DNA of 64,000 bases from Eukaryota sp. TZLM1-RC (lineage: Eukaryota > Protista > Metamonada: BaSk clade): contig JAUPSS010000004.1 in NCBI GenBank assembly GCA_040285825.1, positions 558,001 to 622,000 of the forward strand. Direction: 5' to 3'. The notes below the pieces were generated by a model that saw nothing but the letters and a program-made list of their open reading frames with translations, did not search any database and was not told the DNA's origin. The position numbers and the translations under genes are program-made. Of the stretch, positions 47,119 through 58,602 are shown piece after piece (the first letter of the stretch is position 1; every line of letters begins with the position of its first letter).

Positions 47119-48281
47119 TTTTTAGTCTTTTTGAATAATTAATAGAATTTAGTTTTTGATATAAATAGATGATTTTTTTATTATAAGTTCCTGGTTTTAC
47201 TTACTTTTTTGTCTTTCACATTTCATTACTGTACAGAAAAACAAAGATTAATTTAGAAATTATTAAGAAAAATTACAACTTTAAATCTTGTTAATCTGGG
47301 AGCTGCTCATTAACTATGCTTTCTGATACCAATAGTTCAGTTGATCACCAGTGGTATTAATAAGTGATTATGACATCTACTAAACTTGAACGTTCAATAA
47401 ATTGCTTCAAGAACATGCAAATATTCTTTATCAAACATAACCATGGGTTCAGTTTGCTGTTATGAACAGCAAAGGTATAAGATAATAATAATAAGTTAGC
47501 TGTAGATACTGACTGGAGCTTTTGGTGTCATTGGTCATTTTGCTCCATAAAACCGGGATAGTTCTATTGGTGCATGTCTTCAAACATTGTGTTTTTCCAT
47601 GATTGTCTTCTGTCAAACTTCCAGCTCACAACCAAATCATGTGGTAGGTTTCAATCAAGCATTCTTGCCCTCATTACAGCTACTTTTGCATCCGAAGTTT
47701 TGTGTTTGATGCCCGAATATTATTGTGCTCAGCTAGACTTTTAGAATTTGTTTGATCCATTGGTGGTGCTACAATTTCAAAGTTGCAATGTTGTGGAATT
47801 CTGAAATTCAAATTTCTGTTTCCATACTTTCAACATTTATGCCATAATCTTGGTAATTTTTTTCCTATTTGGTCCAACGTTATTCTGCTAAATAATTTTA
47901 TTTAATAAAGTTCTCAATGGTTGAAGCTTTTACAAAAAGTTATTCTACTGCTTTCAATTCCAGAAGTAACACCTTATTTTCATTACCTTCAAATTCATCA
48001 AATGGACTGTAGCTTATTCCCAGATCTATCAACTTGTTTATTTGTTGAGCTATCTTGAGCCATGACAATTGCAAATGTAGTCAAAGTTTGAAAGATGTTG
48101 TCTCTAATGCCAAACTCTAAAATGGTTTTGCAGAAAACAAAAGTTGGTTGTACAGCAGATCAGGATTTTCTAGAGGAAATTATGGTTCATTGAATTGAGG
48201 CCAATTGGATGTGTTTGAAGGTGTTTCAAGGTGTAATTGTTACACTTACCACTTACTACTTACTTACCATCTACAACTCTT

Positions 48282-48896
48282 ATGAACATTAAGGTCTTTG
48301 ATTTGACTTATGCCCTTTACATCGAGAATGACTTTCTTTCCCTAGTTGCTGCTTTAGCTTCCCTTGTCCCATTTGCTATACTCTCTGTATGGCTCTACCT
48401 CACAGTTATTCGTTTCGAATCCTTTGCTCTTATCAACTTTATTGGATTTTTTGCTAACGAGTTCATAAACTCCCGTCTTAAAAATCACTTTAAACATCCT
48501 CGTCCGAGCACCACCATCGCTACATGTCCCTCTTCCGATTATGGCTTCCCTTCTGCTCACTCTCAATTCATCTCCTTTTGGGCCGTTCTCCAGGCCTACA
48601 ACATCCTCATCCTTCGGCCCCCACCACCTTCACAACCCACTTTTCTTCCCCATACCCCACTTACCCCATTCCCAATGCGTGTTCTAATCTCCATAGGTTG
48701 TTTCATTATTGCGTTGTTTGTTTCATGGACTAGAACTTGGGCCAATTGCCATTCAGCTACTCAAGTATTTAGTGGTATTTTTATTGGAATTTTATTTGGA
48801 ATTATTTACATGGTATTCACACATCATCTATTCCTACCGTTGCTATCAAAACTAAAGCTCAAAATTTTGCGAATTTTGAACCAATCACGTGACTAA
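48282..48896 (+). CDS. PAP2-family dolichyl-diphosphatase (DOLPP1/CAX4-like)
   Basis: KNHFKHPRP, YGFPSAHSQF, VSWTRTWANCHSATQV. Confidence 0.85.
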   Translation: MNIKVFDLTYALYIENDFLSLVAALASLVPFAILSVWLYLTVIRFESFALINFIGFFANEFINSRLKNHFKHPRPSTTIATCPSSDYGFPSAHSQFISFWAVLQAYNILILRPPPPSQPTFLPHTPLTPFPMRVLISIGCFIIALFVSWTRTWANCHSATQVFSGIFIGILFGIIYMVFTHHLFLPLLSKLKLKILRILNQSRD

Positions 48897-49823
48897 TCAA
48901 TCAATCATGACGTAGGTTGCCAGGTAAATACTCGCATTCGAAACTCCTTCTATACTGCCAAAGTACCTTTCTATTTGGTAGTCATGCAATATTTCAAATT
49001 TTGCATCATCAATTGCAGCCCATAACAGATCAGAATTAAGTCTAACAATCGCTATATAATGACCTCTGAAAAAAGAATCACCAACATGAACAATAAACGA
49101 ACTTAGTTTGTAATTTTTTGATTTTAATTCTAAATTAAAAGGAATATTTAGCCTCTTATTAAGCTTTACAAAAGAATTACACTCGTAATAAAATTTAAAT
49201 CTTTTTAATTGAATAACCAAAACTGTTGGAAGTTCGTCAATGTTAAACTTTCGCTCACACTCAGTTTTCAAATGGCAATTATCACAGTGAATTTGATCAT
49301 CATTGGACATTATTTCTGGGTCGAAAAGGGAATTAATGGCCGTAATTAAGGAAACATTCTCTGTAATTTCAACAGGTAGGTCAAAAAAAGACTGGCTACG
49401 TGTTGACACGTAATCACATTCCATACATCGCGTGGAATAATAGCCTTCTCCCTTGAAAATGTTTGAAATGAACTCAGGAAGGTGAGTGAGCAATGATTGG
49501 AAAACCTCATGTGAATCCTGCTGATCGTTACCTTGGAATCTGGCTTCGTTAGACTTGAACGTTGAGAGAAAAGCTCTGGGTTCGAGGCTACCGTAGGGAC
49601 GAGGGTAAGCATCCATGCAGGCGAACAGTTCGCGGAGAGAGTTTGTGATGTTGTTATCAGAGGATGGTGGGAGAGAAAGAATGGCAGTACGGAGAGGAGA
49701 GAGATGATAGAGGATCTGGAGTACAGCGGAGAAGGAACATGAGTTGGAGAGGTTGTTGAGACCAACGAGCTTTTGATTAGGAGGGAGGAGGTCTATGTTG
49801 ACATGAGAGGTTGTGTTGCCCAT
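48897..49823 (-). CDS. Ubiquitin-specific protease, USP12/46-like
   Basis: GLNNLSNSC (Cys box), QQDSHE, CxxC pairs, LKRF, VHVG..GHY, IDD. N-terminal MGNTTS myristoylation-like motif. Confidence 0.92.
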   Translation of the reverse strand: MGNTTSHVNIDLLPPNQKLVGLNNLSNSCSFSAVLQILYHLSPLRTAILSLPPSSDNNITNSLRELFACMDAYPRPYGSLEPRAFLSTFKSNEARFQGNDQQDSHEVFQSLLTHLPEFISNIFKGEGYYSTRCMECDYVSTRSQSFFDLPVEITENVSLITAINSLFDPEIMSNDDQIHCDNCHLKTECERKFNIDELPTVLVIQLKRFKFYYECNSFVKLNKRLNIPFNLELKSKNYKLSSFIVHVGDSFFRGHYIAIVRLNSDLLWAAIDDAKFEILHDYQIERYFGSIEGVSNASIYLATYVMID

Positions 49824-49903
49824 CTTACTATATTGTAGTAAAAATACACGATAAATAAATACATAAATACACGATCAACTTTCGTGTGGAATAATTACAA
49901 AAA

Positions 49904-51581
49904 CTATTTACTACACACATACTTAGGCCTTTCATTGCCACTCATTCTGGCTTCAGCAATTGCAAACATATTGAGACAAGCCAGCTTATTTCTATTGAAA
50001 AGCTTTGTTGAGCCTTTGTTACTGAGTTTGCAACTCTCACTATTAAAAGCTAATAAACTATGACATCTAGTAACAGGAGTCTTTTCTCTTCTATAGAATC
50101 CGGGATTTGTTACTTTCAAAAACGTAGCAACCTTTTCAAAACAAACAGGACATTTTGCTGAAGTGAAAGCTTCATTAATCATCAATACTTCAAAACCATT
50201 CCTTTTCAGAAATTGAGTCCATCCAATGCCTCGAGTAGGTCTATGATGTTTCAAATTCTTTGAACCTTTTTTACCACAATCACCCATTAGTATTAAAGTG
50301 TCTTTTGGATTGCCAAACTGCTGCACAAGGGTTTTTAACAACCAACTTTCAGTCTTTTGCGATTGAATAAAAGCTTGCATTTTTTGAATGCTCCACAAGT
50401 CGAGCCTGTAAAAGTAAATTGTCAAAAAAACATGCCGAAGTTTGGTTACCACAAAGTTGGAAAGGTCTATAAAAGTTGCTGAATTGGCAGCAAACGTGGT
50501 TAACTCAGTGTTTGCATCTTCAATTCTCATTTCGTTAGACTCTATCATTTAATTTCCTGTCGTAATCTACCTCAGTATTCTTTATCGCCCATCGTTTTTG
50601 TTTTTCATCTATCCTACTTTTCAAAGACCAGGACATCTGAGTCATTCTCAACCATTTGTACTTCTTGTCTTGATTCATCACCCGACTATTTCTTTGCTGT
50701 TCGGTGTCATTTTGAGGAACCATGGCTAATTCTTGATCAGTCTTTTTACTCCCAAAGTATAATAAATCACGTTTTCCAGGGTCACATACAACAATTCGTT
50801 TGCCTTAAAATGTATCAACATCAACATCATCAATATATAAATCAGATATATCAGCCTTCTTGCCATGCTTACATTTCTGACCTTGTAAATCCCGACGAAC
50901 AAATTCTACTGCAATAATAATTCCATCTGTGTGGATAATGTTGTCGAATTCATAGCTCTTCTGTTTGAACATTGGTTGGTTTAAATCGATGATATTGGAC
51001 CAAAAATCAAATTGCTGAGGTGGTTTGAATCTATAAACTTGATCTTGCATATTGACCATTTTTAATCTCGGCTTAGCCAACAAATCATCAATTAATGTTT
51101 GTATGATAATTCTCCATATTGTTCTTGTATCAATGGGAAAATATCCTGGACCCACATTGGTTGAAACAGGAGAAATATGATAAGATTTTTTCTCTCTACT
51201 GGAAATTTATTGGGCAATTGTAATTGCAGGTTTTAGAAATATTTGATGATCTTCTTCAACAGCGTCTGCAAGAAAATGTATACCCACTGGAAATATGTTA
51301 TCAGCTAAATTCTCACCAGTGACCATGTTCTCAATTTGACAAGTCAATGGCTCAATAAGACCTTCAAATATGTCTCTATGTTCATAATTTCTTATATCAT
51401 GTTGTTCACATAAATCGAAAAACTCATAATTCAGAAGGTCTTTAATATTTTCAGGATGATGAAACAAAGAACTCCATCAATCTCTTAAAGAAATCTTTAA
51501 TGTTATAGATTTAAATCTTTCGTTTATTCTAAAAAGAGAATAATAATATATCCCTTGCTTTATGTTATTGGCTATTGTCAT
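49904..51581 (-). pseudogene. Fanzor1-like (eukaryotic TnpB) pseudogene
   Basis: IHTDG, VCDPGKRDLL (RuvC-I), ILMGD, PTRGIG, INEAFTSAKCPVC (RuvC-II + Zn), FNRNKLACLNM (RuvC-III with D>N), RPKYVC. Several stops and frameshifts; putative ATG at 51581. Confidence 0.88.
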
Positions 51582-52017
51582 ATTTCTGAAAAAATAGAGA
51601 AGTCGAAACAATAATTAGGCAGTAAACTTAGAATACGAAAATATTAAAACAATACAGACCAAACAATTGCCACAAGTACAAAAATCAAAACACAATGGTC
51701 AAATAAGGAAATAATCACAATTATTAACATTATTAATAACAATTACAGAGATCGGCAATTGAGAAATATTTTGCGGGTTTGGATGACAAACCACTGAAGA
51801 ATTTTAATTGGTACCCATACTCCAAGTTAAGGGTTAATATTATATAAATGATACAATTGTCTTCACCGACTTCAAATTGTTAATCAAATCAGAAGTTGAA
51901 AACTTTAGAGGAAATCTTGGTTAAATGAATTTACCCTGTTTGTTACAAGTTTATTTTGTTAATTGTTGAGCTCGATATACAAGTCTGTATTATCGACTTG
52001 GAGCAATTTTCAGCACA

Positions 52018-54291
52018 ATGACTCATAGCAGCTCCATCGCTTCCCCGTCCTCAACAGAACATCATTGTCAAGATTCAGCAGACCCTCATCTCGGCTGCCT
52101 ACATGATGCTCCAGTCACGCATCAATCAAATAGAAGCCCAAGTACCTCTTTGAAAACCGTTCCTGATGACTATAAAGTGACTATCCCTGTACTTACCGAC
52201 CAACCTCTCTCATGTCATGATTCAGCCCATTCTTGCCCTCTTCCGATAGATCGGACTAATTCTTTATCTCCTGAATTTGAATGGAATGTTTTACAGTTGT
52301 CGATCGATGGGGACGTAGGAGTCAAGTCCATCTCAGTTGGTGATCGAAATGCCCTTCTTTGTACATATTCTGGTGAGGTTTATAGTTGGGGGTTGAATGA
52401 TGAAGGTCAAGTTCTTTTTGATGGAGTTGACAGCATTAGGTTTCCAATCAAATTACCCATACATGACATTTTCACCATTTCTGCTGGTAATCGCCATTGC
52501 CTCGCCCTCTCTTCTGAAGGCAAGTTATATGGTTGGGGATGTAATGATGATTATCAAATCAATATGTCTATTAGTGATGCAATTCCAATTACTGAAATAA
52601 ACATTCCTTACAATATTAAAGAAATTTATGGTGGTGAACATTGTTCATTTGCTTTGACCCAAGAAGGTCAAGTTATTAAATGGGGAAGAGTTTTGCCTTT
52701 TGAATTAATTAAAGGATTAAATGATATTGTTTTCCTTTCTGCTTACCTTGATTCATTTGTAGCGTATGCTGAAAATGGTGATTTTTTCCACTTCATTTTC
52801 GAAGAAGACAGCAAAAATCGTTACAGTCTCCGCAGGTTTATGCTAAAGGTCCCGTTAACCAAGTGTCCATCTCTGTATGAGGCATTTAAAGGTTCGTTCT
52901 TCTTTGATGGTTTTCTTTTTGTTATCGATTTTAATGGTGATATTTGGAAGTTTAACCAGGGGGATGATGTTCTTTTCAATAAAAATCCGAGCAAAGTTTC
53001 AGGTCTGAGCAATATTGTTTCCATTAGTGGTTGTTATGGTATTCATGTTGCCCTTGACAAGAATGGTAAAGTTTTCGTGTGGGGTGAAGTGAGCAGAATA
53101 AGTGATGTTTATGAAGATAGTGAGCAACCAATTTGTATTGAAGCTTTCACTAATATAGAAGGTATTTCAGTAGGTCGTGACTTCCTCTTTGCCTACAACA
53201 AAAACACTGTTTGGGCTTGGGGAAGGAACTATAATTGTCAATTAGGTACAGGTGATTTGATTGATCGACCACAACCTGTCAAAATATTTGGATCTGAAAT
53301 ACTTGGCAGTTTTCATTATCCTAAACCACCTTTGGATAGAATGTTTAGTGGACTAATTAAGTTTGTTTATTGGGAATATTTAAATTATTTGGTAAATCTC
53401 TTTGGTAGTCATCCTTATGTTAAAGCAAGATTTTACACCAAATGTGGAATTAGTAGAAGAGTAGCTCAATTTGCTCAAGAAGTAATTAATGATCATCCAA
53501 TTCAAAATCAGATGCTTTTAAAAGATCCTCAAGATTTAAATTTAAACGAAATCATTTGTGATTTACAATTGCGATTATCTACTAATTATTATGGCCCCAG
53601 AGTAATTAATACTAGAATTAAAAAACTTGATGTTTACTTTGATGAAGTTGATTATGATCCAGAATTATTGTCATTTTTCCCAAATGTTGAGGTTGTTAAG
53701 CTTGATGGAAGAACATTTTGTCCGAGAAGGTTTGTTATAAACCTGGCTCATATGACAAATCTTAAATGTTTGCAGTTTGATTATCCATTTGTTATAGAAA
53801 TATTACCCACTTCACTAGTGAAGTTAGTGTTTGATTCTTTTGGTACTTGGGTTGATGATTTAAGCTATCTTACATCATTGGAACATTTGGTGGTTTATGC
53901 TCGATATCCAGCACCTTTTGAATCAATTTTATTAGAAGGCCAATTAGCGTTACCTCAAACAATTGTTAGGTTGGAAGTAGAATTGCACAAAATTGGCAAT
54001 ATTGAAATACAATTACCCAACTTGAAGGAGTTGTTAATTCATGGTATGGTTCCTACCATTATCACTGAACAAAACTTTCCTTCTTTGAAGTTTGTTTATT
54101 TGATTAATCCTGATGAAGACAGTCTGTCAGATTCTACTCTTTCTCCAACAAAACTTATTAATCATGGTTTAATTAAATCTGTTAAACTAATCAAGAATGA
54201 ATATTTGGTTGAATTATCTTGTTTTCCATGGTGTATTCAATATTCAACTGCAAGGTTTTTGATTGATATTTTCAGTGAATATTTGGATTAA
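52018..54291 (+). CDS. RCC1-repeat + divergent LRR protein, paralog 3
   Basis: Same architecture; C-terminal ~450 aa nearly identical to paralog 2. Intact 757-aa ORF. Confidence 0.9.
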   Translation: MTHSSSIASPSSTEHHCQDSADPHLGCLHDAPVTHQSNRSPSTSLKTVPDDYKVTIPVLTDQPLSCHDSAHSCPLPIDRTNSLSPEFEWNVLQLSIDGDVGVKSISVGDRNALLCTYSGEVYSWGLNDEGQVLFDGVDSIRFPIKLPIHDIFTISAGNRHCLALSSEGKLYGWGCNDDYQINMSISDAIPITEINIPYNIKEIYGGEHCSFALTQEGQVIKWGRVLPFELIKGLNDIVFLSAYLDSFVAYAENGDFFHFIFEEDSKNRYSLRRFMLKVPLTKCPSLYEAFKGSFFFDGFLFVIDFNGDIWKFNQGDDVLFNKNPSKVSGLSNIVSISGCYGIHVALDKNGKVFVWGEVSRISDVYEDSEQPICIEAFTNIEGISVGRDFLFAYNKNTVWAWGRNYNCQLGTGDLIDRPQPVKIFGSEILGSFHYPKPPLDRMFSGLIKFVYWEYLNYLVNLFGSHPYVKARFYTKCGISRRVAQFAQEVINDHPIQNQMLLKDPQDLNLNEIICDLQLRLSTNYYGPRVINTRIKKLDVYFDEVDYDPELLSFFPNVEVVKLDGRTFCPRRFVINLAHMTNLKCLQFDYPFVIEILPTSLVKLVFDSFGTWVDDLSYLTSLEHLVVYARYPAPFESILLEGQLALPQTIVRLEVELHKIGNIEIQLPNLKELLIHGMVPTIITEQNFPSLKFVYLINPDEDSLSDSTLSPTKLINHGLIKSVKLIKNEYLVELSCFPWCIQYSTARFLIDIFSEYLD

Positions 54292-54807
54292 AATAAATAG
54301 AATAGACAAAAACACGCACAATTTACTCCATATTGCTGAAATATTCATTTGAATTTGTGAAATATCCATGTTTGTTTCCATTTGAAACACTGTTTTGGAT
54401 CAACATCTTTATTCATCGTGAATGGAAAAAGGAGTATTTCAGAAGAAGTTATCAGATTCCTCACAATTTGTCACCATTGTGTCACAAGTGCTTGTAGTGA
54501 CTATCTTGCTTTTTTTTACCAACTTTCGCTTTTTTTATTACCAATTTTCTTAAAAGGAAAACTGTATTTGTTGTTTTTATCGTTCTTCATTACACGATGA
54601 TGTTTAATATGGAATCAAATACAAGAATCTCGTGTGTGTGTGTATTAAAGAGCCTTCGTTGAGAGAAACACGGTCATTAAACAAGTTTACTGCATGATAG
54701 AGGTGTTATGGCGATTGGATTGATAACTTGGAAGTTGTTGTGGTTTTGTCTCCTATGCTGTTATAAACGAAACTTTGATCCAATAAAGGATTTCTAAAAG
54801 TTGGTTT

Positions 54808-55003
54808 AAGAAAATCAATGAAGACATTTGATACCTTTTTGTGGCACTCACGAATTCTTTTGCTATAATTGAGAGATTTTCATCAAATAAGAGAAGAAAT
54901 CGAGAGAAAACAAGAAATCTCGATTATGTAGAGGAAATCTTGGTTCATTGAATTTGTTCCCATTACTTCTGATTCAATTCTATTAAGTGTTGTAGTTCAA
55001 TAA
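54808..55003 (+). mobile_element. Diverged 3' fragment of CRE-like family D
   Basis: AAGAAAATCAATGAAGACATTTGATACC...GTAGAGGAAATCTTGGTTCATTG...TTCAATAAA. Confidence 0.75.
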
Positions 55004-55017
55004 AAAGAGTTGGTGAA

Positions 55018-58000
55018 CATCCACTCCAAATTCCCCCAATTCCAAAAATAGAATTCTCTAATTGTCTTGTAAATTTCATTCGACTATACCTTACAATTAA
55101 GGTAATGCGTTTCCAACGTTTCTACTCCGTTGTGTTTGTATGACATTATAGAGAACTTATCCCATATTATCTACGTCGTTGTGTTATTAAAATTAAATTT
55201 TTCTACAAAACTGACCTTGGCTTGATTTTCATACGTTTATACACGGTAGAGTGCAAATGCTGCCAATTTTTGTGTACATGTGGCTTTCTTAATGTAGAAT
55301 ATTTGAAAAATAGTGTGTCTGTTCATTGGCAAATCAGTGTCACTGAAACCACATGAACCGAATGTTATATCAAGCTTAAGTTGTCATTATAACAATGAAT
55401 TTTGAACTTTCACTGCTTTTAAGTGTTGGCCAATTCATTGACTTATTTCAGTAAAATAAGTATTAGCTACAATAAACCAATAAATTGAACAACGTTTGCA
55501 GATACTGAAATAGATCACAAGGAGGGATGCTTTTATTTTATTAAGAATTTTAGATCTTGATAAAAATATGGAAAGAACATGCTCTGAAACTGATACAGCC
55601 CAATTCATCAATTAATGAACAATTCCTTATAACAGATGATAATGATAAAGTATAAAGTATTATCATCTAATCAGTTTTCCCATGGTAACACATTTACGCC
55701 AACAAATTGTAACTTAGAGCAAAGTGGTTGTATAAGGATATCAAATCCCCCTCCCCTCCCCCATTTATCAGACCTGTCTGGAATTCAGATTCTGAACAAT
55801 TGTTTTCTGTGTTGGATACACGATTGGAGTAAAATGCAATGTTCTAGTATAATTATCGTTATCAGGATATGAAATACCTTGAAGAATTCACTGAATAGAA
55901 GTTACAGATTGATGGAGTCAATGTCCGATTTAAGAACTACTAAAATACTCAGACAGAAATTGTTGATGTATAAGACCAAAGATTGATTTTATTAAAGGTT
56001 CTAACTTTTGTTCTCAATCAAAATATAGGGACCCCTTGACTGTTTTCGAAAAAGCCAAAATTGACAAATATAAAGCAAAATTGTTATCCTTGAATGCAGA
56101 ATCGCATACTCATTATGTCCTCTGTCCATTTGCAGTTTCCCTTCATGGCACGCTTGGACCTCTTGCTTTAACTTTTCTGGATGATTTTGTTGAAATTGTG
56201 AAACAACGTACTGGAAGAGTTTTTGGCAAAACAGAATTGTATTTTCAATTTTCAAAGGTGTTGTTCCCTTATTATCTTCAGCTTTGTTGTCTCTTGGACG
56301 CTTTTATGAAAGCAAAACCTCCAGTCAATTCTTCTTTGCTGATTTGGGTTATGAAGGTATAGAATTTTAACCTTGTCGTATAGTCGTATTATTAAAATAA
56401 ATATAAATATATGGAAAAAACTTTTGTTCTTTGAACTTTATAAACTTTGCCACGTCATCATGACTCACCATCTTCTCAATTTTCATTACCTCAAATAAAC
56501 ATCTGTTTCCTCTACACAAGAAGATGCTCTCTGCAAAACTTACATGTTGTGTGATCAACACTCCGCCAATTGATGCTTTTGCTCTAACGTCATTCTTTCT
56601 GCTGCATTTCATTGTTGCAAACTATTTTCTGAACCCGCCATCGCTGTCTCTTACCACTAGATTATGTCCATCGCCTTCTCTCGCTTCCCTTGATCTCTTG
56701 TCTACAATCTCATTCCCGTTCTTCCATTGGCTAAATTCCACGTTATCACCGAGACTGTTGTGTCGGCCGACATAAGCAGTTCTTCTTCACCCTTTCTCTT
56801 TCAGTTTAGCTTGTTTATTTCAGTTTCTGACAGTTATCTCTATGTCTACCCAGACATATAACTTTTGCAATAATGTTACCTACATTACCACACTTAAAGT
56901 TGTTGTTTTTCTTATCTTTTCCAAGACATCTCTTGCTGAATGTTGAAGCTTTCGGTCATCTCGCATCTGTCATTCTGCTTCGTTGTACCACTTTTGGTAG
57001 TTGTTTCTATCCAAACAATGGTAGGTTTGAGCCACCTATATTCGATTGATTTAATCTCTTTGGGAATTGTTTTTTAAGAGGTGATTTACATTTCAATTCA
57101 TCTTTTTTAATTTCAAATCATTAATTAAGGATTAATTCCAGATTTATTTTCTTTAATGATTGTGAATCTGTTTATAATGTACATTTTTCTCCTACGTTGT
57201 AAACAGAAACTGTTTCAAAGCTTATCAAGCAAAGGACAGCACTTCTTAATGAATGAATAATGGACACATTCATCGGCTCTTTGGATGACATTTACAAGGT
57301 GAGGAGAGGAGAGGTGTTGGATGAAGGTGAAAGCTCTCTCTGTTATCTCGGCCGTAGTTTAATTCTTATAAGCAAAAACTTTTTCAAAGCATATGGCTTT
57401 GTTCTGGGTGGACTTTTCTTTTGACATTAATTAAAGGAAACCAGCATAATTTTCCAATAAACTCAATTGTTGAATTATTTGGTCAATATTTGGTCTTTTT
57501 GAGGGATCATTTGACGTGTATTGATTAACCAAACTTTTCAAAACTTTCCGATCGATCGGAATAGAGACGGGAAGATGATCGTAGTCGGTTGAAGAGTCGT
57601 TCGAGTCTACCCAGTTGAGAACCACGGACTTGGCCATTTGTTGAACCAGAAGCTATGTTCATTGGTATTGGTTTAAAGAAACCTTAATATTTTCAGTTGT
57701 TAAACTTCCAAACATCACCATTAATGTAAATAACAAATAGACAATAATCCTCAATTAAAAAGAGCCTTGGAATGGTTCTTTGGGAGTTATGTATTTGGTT
57801 ACTGGTATTTTGGTGAATTTCACCTCTCGTAGAAATATCACCATAACCTTGCTACTTCCAATGCAGCATATTTGGCCAATAAAGCCAAATTTGAGCATTT
57901 ACAAACCAGGTGTTTTCAGGCTTTAAATCACCATGAATGACAGATTTAGAATGAATGGAATTATTTTCCATTGGCTTTTAAAAACTTACAAAAATCATTG

Positions 58001-58602
58001 GTTTATTATTGGATTTTTGATGAGGTGTTGATCACACAACATGTAAGTTTTAATTTAACAACTGTTTATTTTTAATTTTAGGTTTTCAGGTTAGTGAAAA
58101 AGTTTGTTTTTCATTGAACAGTTTTTCATGGAAAATTTGTGAAAAGCCAAGATTCCATTCTCCGTAACCAAGAAAATGTTTTTTTAACTACTTTTTCTAA
58201 TTTACTTTGTTTTTTTATGAAAACGAAATTGTTTAAACGCCAAAAGTGTATTTTCTCAGACACCACATATACCATTGAAAATTTCCATACTGTGTTTTTT
58301 TACCTAAAATCGTCAATGCCATACATCCTTTTAAAAATAGAAAAAACAATTCTATTTTGTCAGAAAGTTTGATCAAATACTCTTGCAGTTCTTGTTGGAG
58401 AAATTGTCTAAAGATAAAGCGGTTTTACCCAAACTTCCAAATACAGAAAAGACAAAGGCACAAAGCATGAATTGGGTATGTGAGTTGAAATTAAAATAAT
58501 TGTTTTTTCAGCATGCATGATAATTTTGACTTCTTCAGCTCTAGATGTTCCTAACTGCTTGTACATTCATTAAAATCGAATGATGTTTCGAGTTACCTCA
58601 AC
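55018..58602. repeat. Copy 2 of the inverted segmental duplication
   Basis: Reverse complement of 29688-32410 with an extra ~460 bp and a 404-bp retroelement insertion. Confidence 0.9.
56015..56418 (+). mobile_element. 3' fragment of CRE-like family E
   Basis: EKAKIDKY...LCPFAVSLHGTLG..ALTFL. 12-bp TSD AACTTTTGTTCT at 56003-56014 and 56419-56430; the empty site is present in copy 1 (~31868-31879). Confidence 0.9.

Noticed and set aside
49904-51581. Stop-codon reassignment explaining in-frame stops
   Set aside because: Host genes have no internal stops and end in TAA, TAG and TGA. The broken loci also have frameshifts.
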